A stretch of 64,000 bases of DNA from Thecamonas trahens ATCC 50062 (taxonomy: Eukaryota > Protista > Apusomonadida), in NCBI RefSeq assembly GCF_000142905.1, contig NW_013657646.1, positions 326,531 through 390,530 on the forward strand, written 5' to 3'. The stretch's first letter is position 1; every line of letters begins with the position of its first letter. Below, one piece after another: positions 34,006 to 45,742 of this stretch. Made by a program: the position numbers and the translations under genes. A model generated the notes under the pieces. That model searched no databases. It had not been told where the DNA came from and was given only the letters and a program-made list of their open reading frames with translations.

Positions 34006-34324
34006 GCCACAGCAGCCACAGCAACAGCAGCAGGTTTATGACGTGGAGCAGTACACTTGCCGATGTGCGCGCTGCCCGCCATGCATCCCCACCAACCGTC
34101 CTTACGACCCCGTTCATGCGCGGTCCCCCTTGCAAGTTAAAAAATAGGAAAAATGACCCAGTCCAGGCACCCACCCAGCCAGCCACCTGATCAGCATGTG
34201 CGTGCTACCGCCACGCAACAGCGTGACCTACCCCCTCCCCTTCCTCCTCCCCTGCGACGACGGCGACGGGCACCAGTCACACCCCTCGCAGCTCACGCTT
34301 ATCAACAAGAACAGCCGTGGGAGC

Positions 34325-35461
34325 ATGAACATGGGTACCTCCACTGTACTTGTGACACTGAGCATGGTCCTCGTCATGGCTAGCCTCGCCTCGGGACATA
34401 TCTGTGCTCTGCACCCGGTCCAGCGTGGCGGTGCCAACGTGAGCATTCCTGGGGATCCGAGCTGCTACAAGCGGACAGCTCCGTGTGGTGCGACGAGTCA
34501 TGGCCCACCTTCGGCTACGTATGCACCGGGTTCTATTGTCGAGGTCAACTTCCAGCAGGCGCTCAATCATTGGTACTACGAGAAGCCCGGCCATCTGGAT
34601 GTGGCCATCGCCAGCGGCAACTCGCCGTCAGACTCGGCCTTTACCGTCATCGGCACCCTGCCTGACTTTCCTGCTCATGATCAGGTGTGGCAGACCAACT
34701 TTACCATGTCGGTCACCATTCCGGCGAGTATGTCTCCAGGCGCTGCGGTGATGCGGTTCCGGTATGTGGCGAACAACCCGGACGAGGCTGTCAAGGGCAA
34801 TCCGGACGCCATCTTCTACAACTGCGCCGATGTGCTCATCTCAGCTGCTGCGGGCAAGACCCAGGCCCCGGCTGCTGACGCCCGTCTGGCGGAGCTCCTT
34901 GCCGACGGTCAGCCTCTGGCGAGCACCGCGACGCCTACTGGATGCGAGGCGCCGAAGCAATTTGAGGGCGTCTCGATCCAGGCCGAGGGCACCGGCGCCA
35001 TTCTCCGCCGCGCCTACGCCTATGACGCGGTCAACCAGCGGGTCTTTGTCGATCGCCGCGGCACCATTGCCTCGGACAGCAACATTGTGCGTGAGGCAAC
35101 GTGGACCGACTACCACGCCATGAAGCAGTGGGTCCTCTTTGAGTACGCCGACTCGACCCCGTCGGTCTGCGAGCTCTACGGACCCGATGCCTTTTACGCG
35201 TGGACATACGGCGACAAGCCCGAGTCGGCCGGGCAGACGTTTGAGGAGCAGGTTCCGGTCGGCGCCTCGCTCGCCAACGTCTGGTCCAACGGGGTCTTCT
35301 GGTGGGCCTCCGAGGCCGAGTCCTGCCTTCCGGTGTGGAAGTACCACCTCAATGGCGCGATGGAGCTCTTCACCAACACTTCGATCGGCATTGCCGACCC
35401 CTCGGTCTTTGACATCCCGTCCATCTGCAACGGTCTCGTTCAGATGAAGCGGTGCTCGTGA
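34325..35461 (+). CDS. Secreted His-brace (LPMO-like) domain fused to an ependymin-related domain
   Basis: Signal peptide ..LASG|H1ICALHPVQRG, second His in QALNH, and FYNCAD motif. C-terminal CEAPKQFEG, YDAVNQRV, CLPV and IGIADPSVFDIPSIC match ependymin/EPDR1. Confidence 0.85.
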   Translation: MNMGTSTVLVTLSMVLVMASLASGHICALHPVQRGGANVSIPGDPSCYKRTAPCGATSHGPPSATYAPGSIVEVNFQQALNHWYYEKPGHLDVAIASGNSPSDSAFTVIGTLPDFPAHDQVWQTNFTMSVTIPASMSPGAAVMRFRYVANNPDEAVKGNPDAIFYNCADVLISAAAGKTQAPAADARLAELLADGQPLASTATPTGCEAPKQFEGVSIQAEGTGAILRRAYAYDAVNQRVFVDRRGTIASDSNIVREATWTDYHAMKQWVLFEYADSTPSVCELYGPDAFYAWTYGDKPESAGQTFEEQVPVGASLANVWSNGVFWWASEAESCLPVWKYHLNGAMELFTNTSIGIADPSVFDIPSICNGLVQMKRCS

Positions 35462-35581
35462 GGCCCCGGGTTTCTTCACCCACCTCCCCCTCTCCTACGC
35501 CGGTACAAACCCCCGATTTTCCCGCCTTCCCAGCCAGCCACACACCATCACCCCCCCCCCCCCCCCCCGTCCACCCACTTC

Positions 35582-38500
35582 ATGGACATGGCAAGCATGT
35601 CAACCAGCAATCTGATGAGTGGAGTGCACCTGGCGGGACTGTCGAACCAGGGCGCCACGTGTTACCTCAATGCCCTCCTCCAAATCCTGTACCATACCCC
35701 ACCGCTGCGGAATGGGGTGCTCAGCCTCTCGCTCGAAGACATGGGTCACACCTCGAGTGAGTACCTGGAATGGCTACTCTCGAACGATGCAGAGGTGTGG
35801 CAGGCAAAGTATGGATCGCTGACGGAGGAAGAGGTCAAGGCTGAGAAGAATGGTGTCGGCGGCAAGGAGATCAAGTCTGGCGAGGACGCTCTTGATCTGG
35901 CCGCCGCTATCGCCGACTCTGAGCCTGTCATGGCAGAGGTGCTGGCCATGGGCCTCGGGCTAGATCCCGAGCTGGTGGTGTACTGTGTGGCAAAGCATGT
36001 ACAGAATGCTGCCATTGCTTCGGCTTGCGAAGAGTCGTACGACTTGTTTGCCCTCGGCGGCGCGGATGACTCGAGCGATGACGGCTCCGACGGGCTCGAT
36101 GCTGCCGAGCTGACTGCACAGTCGCTGCTGGACATGTGTCTGGATACCGAGTACGCCGAAGAGTACGCCGAGGATGTGGCGGATGGGCGCTGGGTCGATC
36201 CGCGGACGGTGGCGCCGGTGTTTGTGGCCGGAAGTGGGAGCGCCGAGCCCGAGAAAGCCAAGTTCGTGCCGCCACCTCCGGCACCAGACCGTATCCGGAC
36301 CATCCCGTTTGCGCTCCAGCGGCTCTTTGCCGCGCTCTCGCTCCACACCGCAGTGTCGGGCGGGCATGGCGCAGTGACGACCCACTTTCTCACCGCGGCC
36401 TTTGGCTTCTCAGGGCGCGATGCCGGGGTCCAGCACGACATTGCCGAGCTGACGCGGCTGCTACTGGATGTACTCCAGCGGCAGCTGGTAGGCAGCGCCA
36501 TCGAGGGCCTTGTGCCTGGGCTCTATCGCGGCGTGGCAAGTCGGCGCATCTCATGCCTGACCTGCGGCGGATCGCGGTCGACGGAGCAGCCGTTCCTCGA
36601 CCTCTCGCTTCCGACCGCGGGGGCAGCATCGCTCGACGCCGCCCTGCTTCAGTGGGGCATGCCCGAGCTGATGGACGGGGCCAATGCTGTGAGCTGCGAG
36701 GCGTGCGACTCGCGCCAGCCGTCGACCATCCGCAACGTCCTCACTCTGCTTCCGCCCGTCCTCACCATCACCCTCAACCGCTACGCCTGGACCGAGTCTG
36801 GCCGCGTCAAGCTCAACGATCCGTTTGCCTTTCCGCTCACGCTTGATATGGCGGCTCTGCTGGACGGCGAGAGCCTTGCGCCCGACGACTCGCTGCGAGC
36901 TGCAGCCGCCGAGCTTGCGGCGACTGGGAGCAGGTCAGAGACGAGCAGCACTCGAGCAAGCGCCGGCGCGGGCGGTGATGACGGCGATGACTTTGCCTTT
37001 TCGTCGTTTGGCCTCTTCTCCGACCCGGCGCCTGTGGCGAGCCCTGAGCCTGACACTGCCGGCGAGCTCTTTGTCTCGCGGCTTGGCGACGCTGCTCGTG
37101 GCGGCTCGCCTGCCGAGTACGAGCTGTTTGGCGTGGTCCTCCACGCCGGCGGCGCCCACGGCGGCCACTACCACGCGCTCATCCGTGACGCCGAGTCTGG
37201 ACAGTGGTTTGACTTTAACGACGCGTCGGTCAAGCCCATGCCGCTGGGACAGCTGGTGCGGTCGTACGGGGTCTCGGGCTCGTCGCGCGAGTCGGCGTAC
37301 ATGCTGTTCTACGCCGCGAGGCTTCCGGACGGGAGCCTAGCGATTGACGTACCGATCATCGACCCGGCGCCTGCACCTACCGCCATTGAGGCACATCTCT
37401 CGTTCTGGCGGAAGCACCTACGAGCTGCGGCAAGCGCGGCTGCGGCGCGCGAGGCCGCGGAGCGTGCGGCTCGTGGCGAGCGTGCGGCTGCCGCCGTAGC
37501 CGCCCGAAGCTCGCGCGAGGCCACTGCAGCGGCACTGCCGATGCGGCCGGCGATGCGTGTCGTTGAGCGGACGCCACATACGCTCTGCTTTCTGGTCTAC
37601 GACGCCGAGTCGGGCGCCATGCTGCCCCCTGTTGTCGCTGACGCGCACAGCCTCGTCGGCTCGCTGGTACAGGACGGCGGCTGGGCGTTTGTGGGCGCGC
37701 TTGTACCGTCGCTGGCCGGCGGCATTGTTGCAGCTGCCACTGATGCAGTCATCGACACGACTTTGTGCGTGGGCGAGTGGCGGCTGGCTGCGCTCGCCGA
37801 GTTTGGTCTGCACGCAAGCATCGGGTGCGCGCTGGCGCATGTGGGTGCGCTTGTTGTGGCTCCAACCGTCACCGACGGCACACCGTGCTTTGCCGCTGTA
37901 CCGCAGCTGGCAGCGCGGCGGACGGAGGTGACTGTCTTTGCGGCCGGCAACGGGTTCCGGCTGGCGATGCCGTGCATGCTCTCGATGCACACGCTCAAGT
38001 CGCTGATTGTGGGCTGGCTCAACGACGAGCTCGAGCTCGGACTCTCGCCGCATGCGGTCGGCATTTACGCTTGCAGCACAACTGCAGCACCAGGCTACTC
38101 GGTGGCATGGGCGCTAGAGAGCGGGTCGGATCCGCTGGGCGTGGCGCCAGCGCTCGAGGCTCGCGGCGGCGCAGTTGAGCTCGTCCTGCCGCTGCTGGCT
38201 GACGGCGTGTTTGTGGCCGAGCTCGATGACGTCGACGAGCCGCTGGAGATCCGGGTGGTGGCGCGAAGCGCGGCAAGCCGTGCCAGCGTGTCGCGCACCG
38301 AGCTGGAGGGGGCGATGACGCTGACGCTCTCGTCGATGACGCCGCTGCAGGAGGCGATGTCAAGAGTGGCGGGCGCAGGCGCAACAGACCTGCCCTCGTT
38401 TGTGCTCCGACCGACCGACGCGGGCCTGGTTCCGAGGCCAGACCGCGAAGTGTTCGTGTCGCGAACGCGGGCACTCTCGATGTACCACATCCGGCCTCAC

Positions 38501-39301
38501 ACTGTGCTTGTGGCGGAGCCAGGTCGTATTGTGGCGCTCGGCCAGATCACGGTCAATGTGGTGCAGTACGCGGGCTATCCCAGCAGCGAGGGCGGGATTC
38601 TCGCGTTTTTCTCACCGGCATACTACACCGAGAGCATGGACGCGCGCGCCAAGGACCTGTTCTCGCCGGCTGCCTCGGTCTCGATCGGAGCCACGGCGAC
38701 GGTTGACGCGCTTTATGATGCTGTGGCGAGCGCACTCTCGGTCGGACCCAACGAGATCCGGCTGTGGGCAACCGGGGCGCGGCTCAAGGGCGGCTCGACC
38801 GGAAACCTCAAGACGGTCGGCATCCGCGACGGCAGCGTTGTGGTGGCACAGGTCGGCGTCGCGCAGACGGCTGGGTCCGACGTCATCCTCCCTCTCTACG
38901 AGCGGAGCGGAACCGACACGGTGCACTTTACCTTTGCCCGTGAGCTTGTTGTTGCCCGTGACGCGGCCAGCGGCGCCATACTCGCATCCGTCGTCGAGAG
39001 CGTCATCGACAGTGCTGCATCTGGCTGCCGCCTCGCCAAGTACGACCAGTATGCCAACACATGGGCTACGATCCGCAAAGCCGACGTGTCCGAGTGCGAG
39101 CCTGTCTTTGCTAACGACGGCGATGTTGTCGTCTACGACGGGCCGAGCCTCGGCGCCGGCATCGGGGACGACGCAGAGCCAACGGTCCCGCTCCCGCAGC
39201 GGGTCCTCCGCTCGAAGAGCGGCTACGTGTTCCACGACATGCTCGCGCTGCCGACCTATCGTGAAGAAGCCGTCTTGCGCATTGATGCTGGCGGCTGGTG
39301 A
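35582..39301 (+). CDS. Ubiquitin-specific protease (C19), USP40/47-like
   Basis: Cys box GLSNQGATCYLNALLQ, QHD box, His box HAGGAHGGHY, WFDFND and SAYMLFY motifs. Confidence 0.92.
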   Translation: MDMASMSTSNLMSGVHLAGLSNQGATCYLNALLQILYHTPPLRNGVLSLSLEDMGHTSSEYLEWLLSNDAEVWQAKYGSLTEEEVKAEKNGVGGKEIKSGEDALDLAAAIADSEPVMAEVLAMGLGLDPELVVYCVAKHVQNAAIASACEESYDLFALGGADDSSDDGSDGLDAAELTAQSLLDMCLDTEYAEEYAEDVADGRWVDPRTVAPVFVAGSGSAEPEKAKFVPPPPAPDRIRTIPFALQRLFAALSLHTAVSGGHGAVTTHFLTAAFGFSGRDAGVQHDIAELTRLLLDVLQRQLVGSAIEGLVPGLYRGVASRRISCLTCGGSRSTEQPFLDLSLPTAGAASLDAALLQWGMPELMDGANAVSCEACDSRQPSTIRNVLTLLPPVLTITLNRYAWTESGRVKLNDPFAFPLTLDMAALLDGESLAPDDSLRAAAAELAATGSRSETSSTRASAGAGGDDGDDFAFSSFGLFSDPAPVASPEPDTAGELFVSRLGDAARGGSPAEYELFGVVLHAGGAHGGHYHALIRDAESGQWFDFNDASVKPMPLGQLVRSYGVSGSSRESAYMLFYAARLPDGSLAIDVPIIDPAPAPTAIEAHLSFWRKHLRAAASAAAAREAAERAARGERAAAAVAARSSREATAAALPMRPAMRVVERTPHTLCFLVYDAESGAMLPPVVADAHSLVGSLVQDGGWAFVGALVPSLAGGIVAAATDAVIDTTLCVGEWRLAALAEFGLHASIGCALAHVGALVVAPTVTDGTPCFAAVPQLAARRTEVTVFAAGNGFRLAMPCMLSMHTLKSLIVGWLNDELELGLSPHAVGIYACSTTAAPGYSVAWALESGSDPLGVAPALEARGGAVELVLPLLADGVFVAELDDVDEPLEIRVVARSAASRASVSRTELEGAMTLTLSSMTPLQEAMSRVAGAGATDLPSFVLRPTDAGLVPRPDREVFVSRTRALSMYHIRPHTVLVAEPGRIVALGQITVNVVQYAGYPSSEGGILAFFSPAYYTESMDARAKDLFSPAASVSIGATATVDALYDAVASALSVGPNEIRLWATGARLKGGSTGNLKTVGIRDGSVVVAQVGVAQTAGSDVILPLYERSGTDTVHFTFARELVVARDAASGAILASVVESVIDSAASGCRLAKYDQYANTWATIRKADVSECEPVFANDGDVVVYDGPSLGAGIGDDAEPTVPLPQRVLRSKSGYVFHDMLALPTYREEAVLRIDAGGW

Positions 39302-39894
39302 ATGAACACTGTTGAGTACTTGGAACCGCTTGTTTGCCGCATCAGGCTTTTGGCGCGACTTTGTTCCAGCACCGCCTCACGGGGGCATGCCCTCGCCAAG
39401 GCCGTAGCGCACGATTTACGCACGGAAATCATCCCAAAGTAAGGAAGGCTATGTAGTACTAGTTGGGGACACGTTTTGCTTGACAAGGAGTCTTGTATGA
39501 CTCTTGAGTCTCTTCTACGGGGAGGGGGGGGAGGTGCGTGTGCGAGGGTGGATGGGAAAAATGAGTGTTCGTCCATCGAAGGTTCCGGGCTGTGAAGGCT
39601 CACCAAGGCCGTTGATGGGCTAGAAGGCCGATGTGAGCAAAGCGATGAAGACGGGCTTACGAAACATGTTAGAGATACTCCGCGGTAGGATTGGATGGTG
39701 TGTATCTGGTGTGCATGATGGCGTGGGGCGTTGCAGACGGCGCGTGGGTCTACGGGCGCGGGGATGGCTGTGGGATGGTAACCGTCGCTTTTTCTTCGCC
39801 AATTTTTTGGGGGCTGGCCGCCATAAAACTCGGCTCGTTTTTGCGGTTGCGAGTCGAAGTCTTGTTTTCCGTACCCCTCTCGAAAACTATCATC

Positions 39895-40922
39895 ATGAAG
39901 ATTGTCGCTTTCCTGGCCATCCTTGCCATCACTTTCGCCATCGCTTCGGCGCACTTCTCCATCTCTTCGGTCTCGACCACCGCGACCGGCACTGAGACTG
40001 TCGGCGTACGTTCCACTTTATGTGTTCCTCTTGCACTCCCTCGAGTCTCTAGTTGTCTTTGAGCTTCTCCGTCCCCCCCCCCCCAGAACGTTGCATCGTC
40101 TCGGGTCGGTCGTTTTTCTGGATGGCGAGATTTTTTGGGGTCGGTCGCCTTGGGCTGCTCTGACCGCCTCTGTCGCCGTTCCTCCCCCCCCCCCTCCTAT
40201 CGATTACCTTTCCCCTTCATCCACCCTCTTAGCCAACACCTGCAGTCCGTGCTCTTTGTGGACGCACAACTGTATTGGCTGCATTGCAGCTTGGCTTTGT
40301 CTTGCTCCCCTTGCGGCTCAGCAAATCAGGGTGTCGGGCCAACGGCTGACAAACGTTGCAACCATTTTCGCGCCAGCTTTTTTTCCCATCCCCCCTTCTC
40401 GCCTTCCACTCACCATGCACACCTCCATCCTCCTCTTGCAACCTACAGCTCCGTGGCGGCGGCGACATCGGCTCCGGCGGCAACACCGACTTCTGCGGTG
40501 TTGGCGCTGCTGCCAACGTCTCGACCACCCGCTTCTCCATCGGCGCCGGTGCCACTGCTTACGTCAAGGGTACTGTCGCTAACTCGCACGGTAACGCCAC
40601 CTTCACTGCTCAGGCTGCCCAGGGTGCTTCCCCGACCTTCAACGCCCAGTCCGATGTTATCTACACCGGCACCATGACCTACACCTCCGGCCAGGCTTTC
40701 TCGGCTGACGTCGTGATCCCGACCTCCATCTCTGGTGACGCCACCGTCCAGATCAAGATGGCCACCAGCCTTCCCCCGCAGACCAGCTACTACCAGTGCG
40801 TTGACGCCACCGTCACCGCCGCTGTCTCGACTGGCTCGTCCTCGGCTGCCGCCACCGCTGCCCCGACTGCCATGATCGCCGCTGTTGTCGCGATTGTTGC
40901 TTTCGTTGCCGCCCTCCTCTAA
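39895..40922 (+). CDS. GPI-anchored His-brace LPMO-like protein (X325/Bim1-like); join(39895..40005,40449..40922)
   Basis: 19-aa signal peptide ending ASA|H1F, FCG, NSHG, ATVQI and YYQCVD motifs, S/T/A linker and hydrophobic GPI-type tail; GTACGT..CAG intron. Confidence 0.82.
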
Positions 40923-41226
40923 GTGGATCTGCAACTGCTAAGGTTTTTCCCTTGCACAGGAACGCTCGTTTGCTCTTGTGCGAATGAAATAATCCGCGGT
41001 CCTGAAAGAACAAAGACCAGTTCATTTTCCGACCTCCGCCACCCCCCCCCCCCCCCCTCCCCACCCCCTTCCCCCTCTCTCTCCTCTTGCCATTTCTGCT
41101 CATCTCTTCCCCTACCCTTCCATGCCGTGCTGTGGCCACAGATATCCAGCCGCCTCTCTCTCCCACCACCAGACCATTCAAATTCATCAGCGGTGACATG
41201 GTGGTGGCATGGTGGCATGGTGGCAC

Positions 41227-41238
41227 GTTGCCGGCAAC
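41227..41238. promoter_or_regulatory. Perfect X-box-like palindrome GTTGCCGGCAAC
   Basis: Matches the RFX consensus GTNRCC-N0-3-RGYAAC; intergenic, upstream of the LRR/coiled-coil gene. Confidence 0.4.
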
Positions 41239-41910
41239 CGAGTCGCCGTTTCGGCCCCAGCCGCCAACCGCCACCGACCGCCACCGACCGCCACCAACCC
41301 CTTCCTCTCACCACCCCCCACCCCACCTCACCCCACCTCACCCCACCCCATCCCCCCCCCCCCCCCGGNNNNNNNNNNNNNNNNNNNNNNNNNNNNNNNN
41401 NNNNNNNNNNNNNNNNNNNNNNNNNNNNNNNNNNNNNNNNNNNNNNNNNNNNNNNNNNNNNNNNNNNNNNNNNNNNNNNNNNNNNNNNNNNNNNNNNNNN
41501 NNNNNNNNNNNNNNNNNNNNNNNNNNNNNNNNNNNNNNNNNNNNNNNNNNNNNNNNNNNNNNNNNNNNNNNNNNNNNNNNNNNNNNNNNNNNNNNNNNNN
41601 NNNNNNNNNNNNNNNNNNNNNNNNNNNNNNNNNNNNNNNNNNNNNNNNNNNNNNNNNNNNNNNNNNNNNNNNNNNNNNNNNNNNNNNNNNNNNNNNNNNN
41701 NNNNNNNNNNNNNNNNNNNNNNNNNNNNNNNNNNNNNNNNNNNNNNNNNNNNNNNNNNNNNNNNNNNNNNNNNNNNNNNNNNNNNNNNTCACCCCTTCCC
41801 TACCTAACCCCAACCCCCCAACCCCCACCCTACCCTACCCCTACCCTACCCACCCCACCCCACCCCCCCCACCCCCCCCCCCCCACCCCCCACCACACAC
41901 ACACTTGTCC

Positions 41911-44050
41911 ATGTCAGCGCAGGGAAGCGGGAGCGCGTCCGAGGCGCTGTTGGACCTCTACGCGGCGCGGTGCAAGGACACTCACGCGACGTTCAAGCGT
42001 GACGACGCAGCGCATTGGCGGGAGATGATGTTCAAGCGACTGGGCGGTGCGGTGTGCAACCTCCGTGGGCAGCTGCTTGGCGTTCACTCGGCGATGGTTC
42101 TGGCCAAAGTCTTCCGCAATGCAGAGTATGCCGCCATGGACTTGTACGGCAACGTCCTCCGCGATGCCGGCACGGCCTCCATCTGCAAGCTCGTGCTGGA
42201 CAACCCGAGGATCCGCGAGCTCAATCTTGGCTGCAACGACCTGACCGACAAGTCGGGGAGGGCTATTGTGGACATGCTCAAAAAGTCGACCTCGCTGCGG
42301 GTCCTGCACCTCGGCCGCGAGCCGAGCCACTACCACGACAACAACCTGACGGCGGCCACAGGCATCGAGCTCGCTGCTGTCCTCGCCGACGGCAACTCGT
42401 CGCTCACGGCGCTGACGCTCAACGGCAATGCCATCGGCGTTGGGCCGGACGGCCTCTCTGCCATCGAGGAGATCGGAAACATGCTGGTCTCGACCACCAG
42501 CCTCGCCACGCTGCACTTGGCTGAGAACGGTGTGTCTGTCCAGGGCGGACTGGTTCTTGCTCAGGCCTGCTCGCGCAACAAGTCGCTAGCGGAGCTGGAC
42601 TTGCACGGCAACGCGTTTTCGCCCGACGTCGGCCTCGCGCTCGCGAATGTGCTGGCGACAAACACGACGCTCGCGGTACTCGACCTGGCGCGGTCAGGCA
42701 TCGGCACCCGCGGCGGAGTGGCGCTTGCTGCGGCGCTCCGCGACAACGAGGCCCTGGTCTCGATCAAGGTCGCCGGCAACGACATTGGCGACGAGGGCGC
42801 CCAGGCATTTGCAGTTGCGCTCTCGGAGAACGACACGCTCACCATGCTCGACGTGGCCGACAACGGGATCCGAGTTGAGGGGGGGTGCGCTTGCGTCTGC
42901 GCTCGCTATCAATCCAGTCCTCATCTCGCTCAATCTTGCGGGCAACGGCATTGCCGACGCGACGGCAGAGCCGCTTGCGGCCTCGCTCGCGCAGCACCCG
43001 TCGCTCACCAAGCTCAACCTCAACTCGACCAAGATTTCGGACGTGGGTGGCGTGCTTCTTGCGCAGGCGCTTGCCGATAACCGAGTCCTCAAGACGCTCA
43101 TGCTCAACGACAACTTTCTCTCCGAGACGGCCGGGCAGGAGATGGCGGCGGCGTTTAGCTCGAACGCGTCGATCACCAAGCTGGTGCTCTCGGGCAACCA
43201 GATTAACCACAACACGATTCTGGCGTTCCGCCGGCTGTGCGAGCGCAACCGGTCAGACATCAAGGCCACCCAAGTCCGCCCGCTCAAAAACGAGGTCATC
43301 CGGCTGCTCGGCCAGCAAGAACGACTGTGGGATGCCCAAAAGCAACTCAAGGCGCTGCAGGACGAGCGGGTCGGGCTCCAGCAGGAGATTCGGACCATCG
43401 AAGCCGACATGGCGTCGCTCAAAGCCGACGAGGACATGGCGGTCAAGATGCTTCAGAAGCAAATTGACCAGCAGAACGCCATCCTCAAGGAGGTCTCCGA
43501 GTCGGTGGCCGAGAAGGAGGCTGAGATTGCGTCGATCGACGACGAGTACGCTGTCAAGATCAACGCCGTCCAGTCGGACCTTGACGAGACGCTTGCCCGC
43601 AAGGAAAAGCTGACAACCGAGCTGGCAACGGCCGAGGCGGACGTTGCCGCGGCAAAGACCAAGCTTGTCGACGACGTCGCCGCCATTAAGCAGGCGATCG
43701 AGGATGCCAAGGCCGCACGCGCTGCCGCGCTCGAGGCCGCCGACGCCGCTGTCGCGCAGGCGCAAGAGTGGAAGGACGCACAGGCCAAGGAGCTCGAGGA
43801 AGCGCTTGCGGCCGAGGCTGCTGCTGCCGCCGAAAAAGCCGACAAGAAGGAGCGCAAGAAGCGTGCTAAGAAGGACGCCAAGGCCAAGCGTCTGGCAGAG
43901 AAGAAGAAGGCCAAGGAGGAGGCCAAGCGCAAGGCCGCCGAGGCCGCCGCCCGCGCCGCCGCCGAGCGCAAGGCCAAGGAGGCCGGCGCCGAGCTCTCGG
44001 AACGCGAGGTGCTTGAGACAAGAGTCGACGAGCTGCTCGGGCTCAAGTAA
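41911..44050 (+). CDS. RI-like LRR plus coiled-coil protein with a frameshift near the G-run at ~42880
   Basis: LxxLxLxxNxI repeats continue across two frames; C-terminal coiled coil and K/A/E-rich tail. Confidence 0.85.
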
Positions 44051-44165
44051 CACGTAACGGTACGCTCACCCTACCGCGCTGTTGCGCCCCCTCATCGTCG
44101 TGGTGCTGCCTTTGGTCGAATCTGTCCACTCGGTACCTTTACGGACTAAAACACAGCTCACTTGA

Positions 44166-45742
44166 CTACGCAGCCGGGCGCTTGATGACAAGCGCCGACG
44201 CACCGCCGCCGCCGTTGCAGATGCCGGCAATGCCGACCGACTTGCCCTCGCGAATCAGGGCGTTGAGCAGGGTGACGACGATGCGAGCGCCGGAGCAGCC
44301 GAGCGGGTGGCCGATGGAGACGGCGCCACCGTAGATGTTGACCTTGGCGTCGTCGAGGCCGAGCAGGGCCATGTTGGCGAGGGCAACGACGGCAAAGGCC
44401 TCGTTGATCTCGACAAGGTCGGCGTCGGCGAGCTCGATGCCGGCTCGCTTGCAGGCGACCGGGATGGCATGGGCCGGTGAGGTGGTAAACTTGGCCGGAT
44501 CCTGCGAAGCGTCGCCCATGCCCTCGATGGTAGCGTAAACGGTGAGGCCGAGCTCGGCGGCCTTGGCCTCCGAGGCGAGGATGACAGCGGCGGCACCGTC
44601 TGAGATGGTCGAGGCGTTGCCGGCGGTCACGGTGCCGTCGCGCTTGAAGACGGTGCGGAGCGAGGGGAACTTGGCCGGGTTGAACCGGGCCGGCTCGTCA
44701 TCGGCGTCGACCACGGTCTCGCCCTTGCGCGACTTGATGACGACCGGCACAATCTCGTCGGCAAAGACCCCGCGTCGGCAGCCGCGCGGGCACGCTCGTA
44801 CGACTGGATGGCGTAGGCGTCCTGCTCCTCACGCGAGATGCCGTGCTCCTCGGCGCACTCCTCGGCGAGGCAGCCCATGGCCTGATCGCCATACGGATCC
44901 GTGAGCCCGTCCGACGCACACGAATCGCGGAGCTCCGAGTTGCCGTAGCGGAGGCCGCCCCGGGTCGCGGCAGGGAGGAGGAACGGCGCGCCGGTCATCG
45001 ACTCCATGCCGCCGGCCACCACCAGATCGGACTGGCCGATGAGAATGGATGCAGCCGCCACGTGGATGGCCTTCATGCCCGACGAGCAGACCTTGTTGAC
45101 AGAGGTGCACGGGACAGACGGCAGGATGCCGGCCTTGAGCGCAGCCTGCTTGGCAGGCGCCTGACCCACACCCGCCGAGAGCACATGGCCCATGTACACC
45201 TCCTGCACGGCCTCGGCCGCCACACCAGCACGCTCGAGTGCACCCTTGATCGCCACCGCCCCGAGCTCGGGAGCCGTCTGGGACGCAAGCGAGCCCGAAA
45301 GCCCGCCCATCGCCGTCCGGGCGTAACCCACGATGCAGACTGTGAAGGGGGGGGGGTGAGTGGGGCGGGGGAAGAGAGGAGAANNNNNNNNNNNNNNNNN
45401 NNNNNNNNNNNNNNNNNNNNNNNNNNNNNNNNNNNNNNNNNNNNNNNNNNNNNNNNNNNNNNNNNNNNNNNNNNNNNNNNNNNNNNNNNNNNNNNNNNNN
45501 NNNNNNNNNNNNNNNNNNNNNNNNNNNNNNNNNNNNNNNNNNNNNNNNNNNNNNNNNNNNNNNNNNNNNNNNNNNNNNNNNNNNNNNNNNNNNNNNNNNN
45601 NNNNNNNNNNNNNNNNNNNNNNNNNNNNNNNNNNNNNNNNNNNNNNNNNNNNNNNNNNNNNNNNNNNNNNNNNNNNNNNNNNNNNNNNNNNNNNNNNNNN
45701 NNNNGGGGGGGAAGAAGGGGGCTTACCCTTGTTGGAAGCCAT
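44166..45742 (-). CDS. Acetyl-CoA C-acetyltransferase (thiolase II); join(45742..45727,45339..44166) with a 1-nt frameshift at ~44768
   Basis: NKVCSSGMKA, GGMESM, EINEAF, GHPLGCSGARI and ICNGGGG motifs. Confidence 0.93.

Noticed and set aside
42875-42895. LRR gene frameshift as recoding or pseudogene
   Set aside because: It occurs at a G homopolymer/GC repeat and both halves are otherwise intact; a sequencing error is likely.
44760-44775. Thiolase pseudogene
   Set aside because: A single missing base in a C/G run, with all catalytic motifs intact.
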